Below are positions 30,782-40,248 of a stretch of 64,000 nucleotides of DNA, piece after piece (the stretch's first letter is position 1; the number at the start of each line of letters is the position of its first letter). Under the pieces are notes generated by a model. That model was given only the letters and a program-made list of their open reading frames with translations. It searched no databases and was not told the origin of the DNA. This DNA is from Planctomycetota bacterium (GTDB taxonomy: Bacteria; Planctomycetota; UBA1135): positions 96,001 to 160,000 of the forward strand of contig JASFYO010000002.1 in NCBI GenBank assembly GCA_045047305.1. Reading direction: 5' to 3'. Both the position numbers and the translations under genes were made by a program.

Positions 30782-31300
30782 ATGGCGACGTTCCTTGAAG
30801 GCAATCCAGCGGATTCTGACGGTCGATTTGCGATCGTTGTTGCCCGCTTCAACGCAGACATCACCGAGTCTCTACTCGATGGATGCCTGCACACTCTCGC
30901 CCTACACGGCGTTGACCTCGACAACATTGATGTCGCACGTGTACCGGGTGCCTTTGAGCTACCCCTGACTTGCGACCGCCTCGCGCGCACTGGCCACTAT
31001 GGTGCCGTCATTGCGCTTGGGTGTGTCATCCGCGGCGGCACCCCACACTTTGATTATGTGTGTACTGAAACCAGTCGCGGCCTGATGGACGTAAATCTAG
31101 GCCACGGGATTCCCATCATTATGGGATTACTCACCTGCGACGACCTCGCTCAGGCACAGTTTCGCGCCGACCGGGAAATGCTGCAAAGCAGTGATCAGGT
31201 TGAGCCTGGTCGCAGCACAAAGCAAACTCCACGTTCGAATAAGGGTTCGGAATGCGCCGAAGCCGCCCTCGAGATGTCATCCCTCTTATCTCGGATCTAA
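30782..31300 (+). CDS. ribH: 6,7-dimethyl-8-ribityllumazine synthase
   Basis: AIVVARFN..IT, VPGAFELP, LGCVIRGGTPHFDYV, NKG. Start 30782, with a TACAAT -10 box at 30760-30765. Confidence 0.96.
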   Translation: MATFLEGNPADSDGRFAIVVARFNADITESLLDGCLHTLALHGVDLDNIDVARVPGAFELPLTCDRLARTGHYGAVIALGCVIRGGTPHFDYVCTETSRGLMDVNLGHGIPIIMGLLTCDDLAQAQFRADREMLQSSDQVEPGRSTKQTPRSNKGSECAEAALEMSSLLSRI

Positions 31301-31303
31301 ATC

Positions 31304-31915
31304 ATGGCTCCCGTTAGACGTCGTACGCGTGCGCGCGAACTTGCACTTCAATTCCTGTACATGTTGGAGCTGCGTGGCAGTGAAGCCATGGAAGAATTGG
31401 TCCCATTCGTGGATCACCATACCAAGGGTTCCCGCGACAAAAAGGGTCGTGGCGAGCTAGCTGACTTCACCCTTACATTGGCACGTGGTGTGGTAGAGAA
31501 CCGTGGCGAGCTCGATTGCTGGATTGAAGCGATTGCGCGAAACTGGCGTATCGATCGCATGGCGCACCTCGACCGCAATGTGTTGCGTTTGGCCGTCTAT
31601 GAGTTGATCTTCGAGAAGGACACGCCCTACAAGGTGATCATTAACGAAGCCATCGATATCGCCAAGCGCTTTTCGACTGCGCAGTCCGGCTCCTTTGTGA
31701 ACGGCATCCTAGATCGAGCGCGCCTAATGATTGCCGAGGCCCGGGAGACTCCTGACAGCCATCCAACGCCACCCAAGGCTAAGGCGATCAGCGACACTCC
31801 TGCCGCAGCACATAGCGCGCGGTCGCAGGCTTCTCCTTCCGAGTCCATTCCCTTCTCCTCGGTTCCGGTGCCGCGTCCGCGAAAGCGCACAGCTCCTGCC
31901 GACGACCTCTCCTAA
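31304..31915 (+). CDS. nusB: Transcription antitermination factor NusB with Pro/Ser-rich tail
   Basis: RTRARELALQFLY, DRNVLRLA.YE, INEAIDIAKRF, FVNGILD. Confidence 0.95.
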   Translation: MAPVRRRTRARELALQFLYMLELRGSEAMEELVPFVDHHTKGSRDKKGRGELADFTLTLARGVVENRGELDCWIEAIARNWRIDRMAHLDRNVLRLAVYELIFEKDTPYKVIINEAIDIAKRFSTAQSGSFVNGILDRARLMIAEARETPDSHPTPPKAKAISDTPAAAHSARSQASPSESIPFSSVPVPRPRKRTAPADDLS

Positions 31916-31933
31916 GCCTCCCCCAGTCGATAC

Positions 31934-32863
31934 ATGGTTTTTGCACGGCTCAAAAAAGGACTTTCCCGCACCCGCAACCGCATTTCCAACGCCATGCGCC
32001 GCCTCGCTGGCGACAATAGCAAAGAGGAGACCTTGGATGCCCTGGAAGAGCTGCTTTACTCCGCCGACGTCGGTCCCCTGGCAACCGAATTGTTGGAGGA
32101 AGTGGAAGCTGAGTTGAACAAAGGCAACTTAGCCAGAGCCGGAGAAATGCCGGTTTGGTTACGTTCGAAGCTATTAGAAGTTGCGCAAGGCCCCGACGGC
32201 GACCCCCTTCCCCTCACCGCCGAATCCGGTCCGACCGTAGTTTTAGTGGTTGGAGTAAACGGATCCGGCAAGACCACCTCAATTGCCAAGCTTATTACTT
32301 GGTTGCGCAACCGCAATCAAAGCGTATTGGTTGCTGCCTGCGATACCTTCCGCGCGGCAGCCGTCGAACAGTTGGCGATTTGGTGTGAGCGCACTGATGT
32401 GGAACTGATCAAAGGCGAACAGGGATCCGACCCCGCAGCAGTCGCTCATGACGCAGCGCAGGCAGCGAAGGCGCGCGATGTCGATGTCCTTTTAGTCGAC
32501 ACGGCTGGGCGTCTGCACACGCAGAAAAACTTGATGAAGGAACTTGAGAAAGTTTCCCGCGTCATCGGACGTCAAATCGAAGGAGCTCCACACCACACTG
32601 TGTTAGTCCTCGATGCTACTACCGGCCAAAACGCCATTCAACAAGCCCGCCAATTCGGTGAATCGGTACCGCTTTCTGGCGTGTTCCTAACCAAGCTGGA
32701 TGGCACTGCCAAAGGTGGGGCTACGCTTTCCATCGGGCATCAACTTGGGCTGCCGGTGCTCTTTGTCGGACTCGGTGAAAGCAAAGAAGATATCGAAGTC
32801 TTCGAGCCCGAATCCTTCCTCGACGCCTTGCTTGAGCCACGCGCCGAGGAGGCAGAAGCCTGA
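31934..32863 (+). CDS. ftsY: SRP receptor FtsY (no acidic A domain)
   Basis: GVNGSGKTT, DTFRAAA, DTAGR, DATTGQN, TKLDGTAKGG. Confidence 0.97.
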   Translation: MVFARLKKGLSRTRNRISNAMRRLAGDNSKEETLDALEELLYSADVGPLATELLEEVEAELNKGNLARAGEMPVWLRSKLLEVAQGPDGDPLPLTAESGPTVVLVVGVNGSGKTTSIAKLITWLRNRNQSVLVAACDTFRAAAVEQLAIWCERTDVELIKGEQGSDPAAVAHDAAQAAKARDVDVLLVDTAGRLHTQKNLMKELEKVSRVIGRQIEGAPHHTVLVLDATTGQNAIQQARQFGESVPLSGVFLTKLDGTAKGGATLSIGHQLGLPVLFVGLGESKEDIEVFEPESFLDALLEPRAEEAEA

Positions 32864-32880
32864 ACCGCGTAGAACGTTCC

Positions 32881-34746
32881 ATGCCATGGATGGCATCGGT
32901 TGCAGTCTTGCTACCCATGCTCACATGGTCTGCGTATCGCCTGGATGAATCACGTGCCGACGGCGCCGTATTCTCGATGTTGGCATTGGCCTTCACCGCC
33001 TTCACTTTGTGGAAGCAAAAGCGCATTGCCGTTCTACCTGGAAGTTTCCTGATTCTGGGCGCACTACTTTGCGGATTCATTCCGCTGCTCCGCCTTGCAA
33101 GTGGTAGCACTGGTTGGGCGCCAAGCCTTGGTGGTCTAGCGGACCGTGCACCACTACTTGCAGCCTGGGTGTTCGCCGCTGCTGCAGCCACATGGCAAGA
33201 CCTCTCCGCCCGACGCCTCGCATTGCCCTTACTCTTTGGCGGTGGCATCGCGGCACTGCTTGGAATAGTCCAAGCCTTCGGTTGGGATCCACCCGGCTAC
33301 GACTCGCTGCTTTCCATACGCCCGGCTTATCCATTCGCCGGACCGAGTCACGCAATCGAAGTGCAACTGCCACTCTTGCTGCTCGGTTTAGTTTTTCTAC
33401 CTAAGGATTTACGCGAACGACGCATATTCTGGTTATTACTTGCTCCGATTGCCTTGCAGGTTGGTTATCTCGGGTCAAACGCAGGCCGCCTTGGCCTAAT
33501 CGCTGCTTGTGCGTGGATGATCCTGCGACAACGCGCCCATCGCCTCCCCATCATCAGCGCCTTGGTCTTAGTGGTCTGTGGCGAGCTCATGCGCAGCTTT
33601 CTCGGTGGTGCCAGCATCCTTCCGCCCGATTCCGCCCCTCGGGGTGTTTCGGTGCGCAAGGAAATCTACCTCGCATCCAGTGGTCACATCCTCACCACCC
33701 CGCTCGGTATCGGCATCGGACGCTTCGAATCGGATTATCCCGAATGGCGACCAGAGGAAGAAGCACGTCTAACCTCTGGCAACTGGGCAGACACCTCGAA
33801 CCGGATCCCCAAAACCCCGCACCAAGAGTTCTTACTCACTGGATTGGAATTAGGCTGGGTCGGCAGTCTTTTATTAGCCGTGGCACTCTTACGCTTGGCG
33901 CGTGGACGCCGCGAAACCGGTGGCACAGAAGCTGTTTGGATCGGCCTTGGAGTACTCGCCATGCTGCGCTCCCCTTTCAGCGACAACCCCGCTGCTTTAG
34001 GTATTGCCGCACTGCTTTTAGGCAGTGATTTACGCACTCTGGCTCCACAGATCCATTTTCGCGGGATGTCCTTATTACCTTTAGGGCTGGGAATCCTTGC
34101 TGTCACACCAGCATGGGCACAACTACGTGGTGAGCAGCACGTCGCCGCAGCGGTTCAGGACCAGGAGTTCTTGGAGAAGCACTTAACAGCGGCAGTGGAA
34201 GCACGTCCGTGGGACAACCGCAGTTTGGTTCTGCTCGGGTCCTTCTATTTTGCCAACCAAGAGTTCGACGCCGCGCGCAACTGCTTCGACCGCGCATTGG
34301 TTTACAACCCCACTGACCTTGCCGCACTCACAGCCTACATTAAGGTAGAGATGTTTGCGCCGGATGGCGACGAGGTACTCATGTTGCGCCTTCTTGCTCG
34401 CGGTGAAGAGTTCGCCCCGTTTCACCCCAGCGTGAAACAAGCGCGCATCCTATGGCTGCAGAGTTACAAGAAGGCCTTTTTGGATGAAGCGGTGCGCAGG
34501 ATTCAAAAAGGTATTCCGAATGCTGGCCCTTGGTGGTTGGCAAACCATTTAGCCGAAGCATATATTGCTGCTGTGAATGGCAATGCGGAGGAGACCAAAC
34601 AAGCTCTATTCCGTGCCTCGGCCTACGCCAAAGGCGGGAACAAGGGTTTACTGGAACGAACCGCAGAACAACCCGCCTTAGAGCCGGATACCATCGCTGA
34701 GCTCACTCGCCGAGTGTTCCCGCAATGGCCACGAGTGGCTTATTAG
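32881..34746 (+). CDS. O-antigen ligase / O-oligosaccharyltransferase-like membrane protein with TPRs
   Basis: Many TM segments, Wzy_C-like R..IY..PLGIGIGRF..PHQEFL..ELGWVG, C-terminal TPR helices. Confidence 0.75.
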   Translation: MPWMASVAVLLPMLTWSAYRLDESRADGAVFSMLALAFTAFTLWKQKRIAVLPGSFLILGALLCGFIPLLRLASGSTGWAPSLGGLADRAPLLAAWVFAAAAATWQDLSARRLALPLLFGGGIAALLGIVQAFGWDPPGYDSLLSIRPAYPFAGPSHAIEVQLPLLLLGLVFLPKDLRERRIFWLLLAPIALQVGYLGSNAGRLGLIAACAWMILRQRAHRLPIISALVLVVCGELMRSFLGGASILPPDSAPRGVSVRKEIYLASSGHILTTPLGIGIGRFESDYPEWRPEEEARLTSGNWADTSNRIPKTPHQEFLLTGLELGWVGSLLLAVALLRLARGRRETGGTEAVWIGLGVLAMLRSPFSDNPAALGIAALLLGSDLRTLAPQIHFRGMSLLPLGLGILAVTPAWAQLRGEQHVAAAVQDQEFLEKHLTAAVEARPWDNRSLVLLGSFYFANQEFDAARNCFDRALVYNPTDLAALTAYIKVEMFAPDGDEVLMLRLLARGEEFAPFHPSVKQARILWLQSYKKAFLDEAVRRIQKGIPNAGPWWLANHLAEAYIAAVNGNAEETKQALFRASAYAKGGNKGLLERTAEQPALEPDTIAELTRRVFPQWPRVAY

Positions 34747-34799
34747 GGCTCGATATTCCAGCTTTGTCCTCGATTTCAGGTTCCACCGGGGACCAAAGA

Positions 34800-34836
34800 A
34801 AACTGGCGAGCCATGTTGCCCATGGCTCGCCAGTTT
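34800..34836. terminator. Bidirectional intrinsic terminator
   Basis: 16-bp inverted repeat AAACTGGCGAGCCATG / CATGGCTCGCCAGTTT between convergent genes. Confidence 0.85.
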
Positions 34837-34861
34837 CGATGACTCACAAAAGCCTAGAGGC

Positions 34862-36664
34862 CTAGAGGCCTAGATCATCCAGTTCATTGGCTTCGTTTTC
34901 GGTAACGACCTTGGTCAATCCGTAAAGGTTTGCCATGCCTTCGAAGGAAAGGACATCGGCCTGAAAACGTTGACTTGCGGCGGTGTAGGCAGCACGTTCA
35001 GCACGTTGACGTTCGGCTGGCCACATTTCATCCGGGTTGGCGGGACGACGCCCCTTCAACTGCGCAATGACAATGCCATTTTCACCGAAGTCCTCAGGAC
35101 CAATCACCTCACCGTCGGTCAGAGTTTCCAACTCCAAACCTACACGGTAGCGCAGCATCGGCAGGATCTTGGCGTCGGCTGGCCAGATTGGGTCAGTGGT
35201 ACGACGGATGGTGTGGGAAATCCAGCCCATTTGCTCAACCGCACGATCAGCGCCAGCAAGTGCAGCAGCGAAGGCATCGGCGTCCATGACCACGGGATCA
35301 CCCTCGGCTTGGTCTTCGCCTTTTGGCAAAGCTTCGAGGAATGCATCGGCGGCTTCTTTAGCCAAAACACCTTGTTGGGTTTCACGCCATAAAGCAATCA
35401 CTTCATCCTTGATGTCCTCAAGTTCCGGCATAACCCGATCACGACGCTCCAATGGGCGTGCGAGGTAAACCATGCCCTCGGTTTGAATCGGGGTTTGCAC
35501 CCAGAAGTTGAGTTCTGCATTGAACAGGCGACGTAACTGCATGTGCCCGATACGCTCGACATCAGGAAGATCGCTGTACGCGACCATTTCTTCTTGCTTC
35601 ACGTATTCCGCGCCCTTCTCAGCTGCAAATGCGGCAGCGTCGGCGGCTTGTGGCAACTCCAAGGCGAGGGTAGTAATGGCCTTATGCAAAAGGTAATCAC
35701 CACGGAGGCGATCACCAAGTTCTTCCACCGTTAGGTGATCACCCAAGTCGGGATCGACCTCTTCGCCTTCTTTAGGCTCCGGGCGACGGTAAAGCGAGAA
35801 ACGATTAACCTGGTAGAAACCGTCCAGAGCCTCCTGAGTGGGCTCTTCCGGAGTGAACCAAGCTTTCACGGCATCGCTTGCGAGCGCGTCGGCAGTAAGG
35901 ATGAGCGAGTCGAAGGAAACCGCTTGCTCCACCTCGAGGTCACGACGCTGTAGTCCATTTAGGCCAGTGAGAAAGAATGTGTTGAGCTCTTCTTCTTCTG
36001 GCACTAAGGCTGCTGCTGCATCGGCGAAAGCCGATGCGTGCCATACGGCGTATTGCACATCCATCTCTTCATAATCCTTAGCCCATGCTGCAACGATTTC
36101 AGACTCCGAAGGCAGTGAGGCAGAGGCTAGGAAACCGACCAGCGTTTGCACGCGAAGCGAGGCGCGCACTTGCGCCTCAAACTGACGTGCATTGGCAAAC
36201 CCAAGTCCGCGATAAGCGCGCTCGTATTCACCCGTGCTGAGTTGACCATAACCCCGCATACTGAGGAAAGCCTGAAGTTGGGTGTTAGTGACTACCACTT
36301 CCAACTCATCCGCAAGCAACATCAAAGCGGCATAAGTTAGGTTCGACTCGGTATCGTCGGCGTCTTCTGGAAACAGAAAAATGCCAAACTGCTCGCCCCA
36401 GCTGCGCAAGCGACTTGCATGCTGAGAATCTTGCACCGTGATGTCGACCGTGCCACTTGGCAAGTTGACCGTGCCACGCACAGGGGGCCCGGAACCGAAC
36501 CAACTGGTGATGACATCCGACATGGGGCCGGTGACTGAGAAAATCAACAGGCAGAACACCGCGACTCCACTAATAATCCAGCGTCGCAGCGGCGACATCG
36601 GTTTATGAGTGTGGACAGCGGCGTGTTGGTCGACCACTTTGGCCTTTTCGTGAGATTTCGACAT
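34862..36664 (-). CDS. Membrane-anchored periplasmic chaperone-like protein (PpiD/SurA N-domain-like)
   Basis: One N-terminal TM, acidic 600-aa helical body with PpiD-like spacing (V.N..L; SE.EI; ELEDIKDEV..LW..A..AA). No clear rotamase active site. Confidence 0.55.
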   Translation of the reverse strand: MSKSHEKAKVVDQHAAVHTHKPMSPLRRWIISGVAVFCLLIFSVTGPMSDVITSWFGSGPPVRGTVNLPSGTVDITVQDSQHASRLRSWGEQFGIFLFPEDADDTESNLTYAALMLLADELEVVVTNTQLQAFLSMRGYGQLSTGEYERAYRGLGFANARQFEAQVRASLRVQTLVGFLASASLPSESEIVAAWAKDYEEMDVQYAVWHASAFADAAAALVPEEEELNTFFLTGLNGLQRRDLEVEQAVSFDSLILTADALASDAVKAWFTPEEPTQEALDGFYQVNRFSLYRRPEPKEGEEVDPDLGDHLTVEELGDRLRGDYLLHKAITTLALELPQAADAAAFAAEKGAEYVKQEEMVAYSDLPDVERIGHMQLRRLFNAELNFWVQTPIQTEGMVYLARPLERRDRVMPELEDIKDEVIALWRETQQGVLAKEAADAFLEALPKGEDQAEGDPVVMDADAFAAALAGADRAVEQMGWISHTIRRTTDPIWPADAKILPMLRYRVGLELETLTDGEVIGPEDFGENGIVIAQLKGRRPANPDEMWPAERQRAERAAYTAASQRFQADVLSFEGMANLYGLTKVVTENEANELDDLGL

Positions 36665-36730
36665 GCTTAATGGGGCGTAGAGCCGTTTTCGCTAGCCGAG
36701 AAGTGTACCCCCTCCCAGCCAGCACGCCTA

Positions 36731-37420
36731 CTATTCGGCGCTTGGCTCCCCCTCAGGGGAGGAAGATTCTGGTTGTTCAGTAGATTCCGGCTTCGGTTCA
36801 ACCGCAATCTGCTCGGCCGGGTTGGCCAGACGTCCGGCTTCGGGGAGATCATCTAGATCACGCAGGCCAAAGCGATCGAGGAAATCTTTGCTGGTGCCAT
36901 ATAAAAATGGACGTCCAGGCAAATCTGCGCGGCCGAGAATACGTACCAAGCGCAAATCCAACAGGTGGCGCAGGTGGGTTCCTGATTTCACACCGCGGAT
37001 GGCGTCGATATCAGCCTTAAGAACCGGCTGGCGGTAAGCCACGAGCGCCAAGACTTCGAGCCCGGCAGAGCCAAGACTCTCCTTCTGCGCAGTTTTACGC
37101 ACCGCTTGGAGCGAATCGGCCATATCCTCACTGGTCAGTAGGCGCCAGCTGCGGCCGGCTTGATGCAGCACCAAAGGAAGATTGCGCTCTTCCATCCAGT
37201 TTTCCAGTGCCGCCAAATGCGCTCGTGGGCTGAAGTGCTCCAGCTCCTCGAGCACCGCCTCCGGGGTGCATTCCTTGTCTGCGCCCTCAGCCTCGGCCTT
37301 GTTTGGGGTCGGATAGAGCACCTGCCGAATCCGATCGAGGTTGACGGCTTCAGGTGAGGAGAACAACAGCGCGAACAAAAGACGCAGCTTGTCGTCGAAA
37401 ATCTGTGGTTGCTTGTCCAC
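36731..37420 (-). CDS. scpB: SMC-ScpAB subunit ScpB
   Basis: LEVLALVAYRQPV.KADIDAIRGV, GR..LPGRPFLYGTS..FL.RFGL..L.DLP. GTG at 37420 is the likely start. Confidence 0.93.
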   Translation of the reverse strand: MDKQPQIFDDKLRLLFALLFSSPEAVNLDRIRQVLYPTPNKAEAEGADKECTPEAVLEELEHFSPRAHLAALENWMEERNLPLVLHQAGRSWRLLTSEDMADSLQAVRKTAQKESLGSAGLEVLALVAYRQPVLKADIDAIRGVKSGTHLRHLLDLRLVRILGRADLPGRPFLYGTSKDFLDRFGLRDLDDLPEAGRLANPAEQIAVEPKPESTEQPESSSPEGEPSAE

Positions 37421-37427
37421 AGTAGCT

Positions 37428-38342
37428 TCAGCGGGAGAACTCAAAGGCTTGGGTCGGGCCGGAGAATGGTGAAAGACTCGTGGAAACAGTATAGCGACGG
37501 GACATCTTCTCAAACCAGGCCCGGGCTTCAAGAGCGTCGATTGGCTGGTTTTTCAATTCTTCGAGCAGGATGGCGACGGGCGGAAGCTCGGTTTCAGGGT
37601 CCAATACTTCGGTGACAAGCCCTACGCGCCAACTGCGGTCGCCTTCCAGCTGGAGCGGTCCAATCACCTGGCCGACGCTTGGATTCTGAAGTTGCTCCCC
37701 CAACATGCCGGGGAGATCACGACTCACGGGTGGGTAGCTACCATCTGGGCTGGGGCCAGCCAAGAGGGACTCTTCCACCATCGATTGTGGACTGCGGCCG
37801 GCCTTCAGCCCCGAGGCCCAGGAGCGAGCTTGCGCCTGATCACCAGTGACAAACCAATACAGGCCTACGCGCCCACTTTGGCGAGCGTCCGCACGCAGAA
37901 CGATTTGATAAAGCAGGTTGTCTGCGAGGTTTTGGCGGTACAAGGGCTGCACTTCCCGCCACGAGGCATCGTGGCGGGCCAGCGCCCAGGCATCTGGATT
38001 TGTGTTGGCGCCGAGTTGGGCAACCAGACCCTGGGTGAACTGAGTAAAGGCTTGGTCGATTCGTGACTCAGGAACCGATAATTCAAGACGCTCCGCTTCC
38101 AGCCTTGCCATTTGCGTGCGTACCAAACTGCGGGTCAATTCGGCCGACTCCGCCGGAAATACGAACGCCATTTGCGCGACAAAGGCGCGCAAATTTAATC
38201 CCGCTCCTTGGACCGCTACCCCAGCAACGCTTTGGTTACGCTGGACGCGTGATGTCCGCGAGTTGGGGAGCTCGTGCGTCGGCCCAGCTTGGCATGAAAA
38301 CCCAAGGAGCAAAAGGCCGACAACTGCGAGGCGCGGCGTCAC
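37428..38342 (-). CDS. Putative lipoprotein, degenerate SurA/PrsA-like
   Basis: Lipobox-like LLGFSC, LEAERLELSVP..RID helical motif, parvulin-like GQVIGP. Confidence 0.55.
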   Translation of the reverse strand: MTPRLAVVGLLLLGFSCQAGPTHELPNSRTSRVQRNQSVAGVAVQGAGLNLRAFVAQMAFVFPAESAELTRSLVRTQMARLEAERLELSVPESRIDQAFTQFTQGLVAQLGANTNPDAWALARHDASWREVQPLYRQNLADNLLYQIVLRADARQSGRVGLYWFVTGDQAQARSWASGLKAGRSPQSMVEESLLAGPSPDGSYPPVSRDLPGMLGEQLQNPSVGQVIGPLQLEGDRSWRVGLVTEVLDPETELPPVAILLEELKNQPIDALEARAWFEKMSRRYTVSTSLSPFSGPTQAFEFSR

Positions 38343-39814
38343 TTGAAGCTGACGCTGCGCCTAACCTGAATACCGTGGCATGTCGGGCACTTCTTTTTCC
38401 GCTGACGTGCTCCATTCTGCGACACATCCATAATCTCGATATATCCACTTCCAGCACAAGTTTGGCAGAAAGTGAATTTAACCGCGATGACGTTGTAGTC
38501 TCCGGAGAACTCCGAGTAGTAAGCCAACATCCACTGGAATCGCGAGGTCACCGATGCACGGCGCCACCAATCTTCAGGGCTCACATCTCCAGCGCCACCG
38601 GATGCCGAACGACGCGTGGCCTGAATGTTATCGAGGTAACGCTTCATGCGATCCTCCATTTCCCGTTGCTGGTCTGACTTGCCGTCGTCCTTCTTTTCCT
38701 CTTCATCTTTGAGACCAACCGTGGCTCTTTCTGCACCCAGAATCCAAGTTCCGTCATTAAACCCTGCAGTATGTGCGGTTGGTGCGGTTTCGAGACGGGC
38801 GAGCCAACGCGCGTCAATGCTGCCGAGATCCAAATGAGAATCCATGTCCTTCAGCTCGATTAACAACTGCTGACGCACAAGCAAGGGCACCTCCGTCTCC
38901 AACCAGCTACTAAGCTGATCCATAGCCACTCCCTTCTCTAGCGACTTACGTTTAAGCACCTTGACCACCCGACTAAACCAGTGACGCTCAAGGTAGCGTG
39001 TCACCGCAGCATCGCGACGTTCTTCAAAACGATCGGCCAGCTGCAAGTACTCACCGCGTAAAGGTGAGTCGCTGTGCTCTTGATCAAACTCCGCAAGTAA
39101 GCCTTCAGCCACGGTGTAGCGATCACGGTGCATCATTTGTCGAACCATGTCGAGTTTTTGCGCCTCGACGCGGTTCGCAATCGTGTCCTCTAACTTTGCC
39201 AGCGCCCCTTCGATACGGTTCAGTAGGGCGGTATCGCCTTCAGCCGAGGCGATTTCTTGGCTCAAAAGATAATGCGCTTTCGCTTCATCCAGGGCGAACA
39301 TGACTTCGAGCTCTTGCGCAAAATCGAAGTGCGCAAAACGACTTGTGCTATCGATTTTTGGCACGCGCTCAGCGTAGTACTGCTCCGGAGTGAGAATGGT
39401 AGAAGCCTCCACCACCACTTCTTCTGGCGGAGCGGCCAGGCGTGACTTCGGCACTAAGGAAGTGGTGTCACGTACGCGAATTTCTAGGTTGCGGTTATCT
39501 TCGCGCAACAAGCGGCCAATGATTTCACGTCCGTTCTGCAACAACACGCGGTGGGCAGTGGTCATCGGAACTTGAGTTTGATTACGATAACCGAAGTTGT
39601 CGCGCAAACGCTCTGCTTCGCCAGGAAACAAGTCCCGCCAGGAGAGCTGATAACGACCACCATCCAGGGCGGTGGTTAACACGAGCCCGTCGAGATCATG
39701 CTCCACGATGGCACCCACCAACAGGCGGCCGTCACGCAGACGCACGATTTGATCTTCGCCATTTTGTTGAACGGCAGGAATCAGTAAAGAAGTAAGAAGT
39801 ATGGCGAGCATCAT
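38339..39814 (-). CDS. Exported hypothetical protein with C-terminal CxxC..CxxC zinc finger
   Basis: Signal peptide, two V.L..GR...G beta modules, helical middle, CQTCAGSG..CPTCHG. Confidence 0.75.
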   Translation of the reverse strand: MMLAILLTSLLIPAVQQNGEDQIVRLRDGRLLVGAIVEHDLDGLVLTTALDGGRYQLSWRDLFPGEAERLRDNFGYRNQTQVPMTTAHRVLLQNGREIIGRLLREDNRNLEIRVRDTTSLVPKSRLAAPPEEVVVEASTILTPEQYYAERVPKIDSTSRFAHFDFAQELEVMFALDEAKAHYLLSQEIASAEGDTALLNRIEGALAKLEDTIANRVEAQKLDMVRQMMHRDRYTVAEGLLAEFDQEHSDSPLRGEYLQLADRFEERRDAAVTRYLERHWFSRVVKVLKRKSLEKGVAMDQLSSWLETEVPLLVRQQLLIELKDMDSHLDLGSIDARWLARLETAPTAHTAGFNDGTWILGAERATVGLKDEEEKKDDGKSDQQREMEDRMKRYLDNIQATRRSASGGAGDVSPEDWWRRASVTSRFQWMLAYYSEFSGDYNVIAVKFTFCQTCAGSGYIEIMDVSQNGARQRKKKCPTCHGIQVRRSVSFK

Positions 39815-40248
39815 TTTTTCTGGCCCTCTAGGAAACGCGCGATGGGGACACTCCGCTCAAGCAGAAATGTCACACGAGTCAAAACACGATCTGGAGACTT
39901 GCGGTAGAAACGTAGTTCGGCGCGACGCAAAAAAGGATTATCCCCTTCGGGCCGCACAATGAGGTCGTAACGGTAAGCAGAAGCACCTGGTACCGCTTCT
40001 CCTTTAAGTTCCCGTAGACCGGTTGTTTTGCCTTTTTCGTCGACAATCCAAGCATTCTGGCGGACGTATTCCACCAAAGGCTCGATTGCCGGGGCAAGTT
40101 CAGCATGAACCCGAGCATCCTGCTCCAGATTACCACCGACTTGGAATAGCCCCAAGATTGCGGTGATGCCAAACATAAAAATGGCGATGGCAATCACCAC
40201 TTCGATTAGGGTAAAACCCTGCATAGGTTGCTTGACGTGCAATTTCAT
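39811..40248 (-). CDS. Prepilin-like minor subunit (GspI/PilV-like)
   Basis: Class III signal QG|FTLIEVVIA. 145 aa. Confidence 0.88.
   Translation of the reverse strand: MKLHVKQPMQGFTLIEVVIAIAIFMFGITAILGLFQVGGNLEQDARVHAELAPAIEPLVEYVRQNAWIVDEKGKTTGLRELKGEAVPGASAYRYDLIVRPEGDNPFLRRAELRFYRKSPDRVLTRVTFLLERSVPIARFLEGQKK

Noticed and set aside
34852..34874. GCCTAGAG tandem repeat (about 3 copies) at a stop codon
   Set aside because: Too short, no spacers, likely a local duplication rather than CRISPR or a functional repeat.
36671..36730. TGGGGCGTAG resembling a tRNA 5' end
   Set aside because: No T-loop (GTTCRA), no acceptor stem partner, and too little room. The region instead holds a TACACT -10 box on the minus strand.
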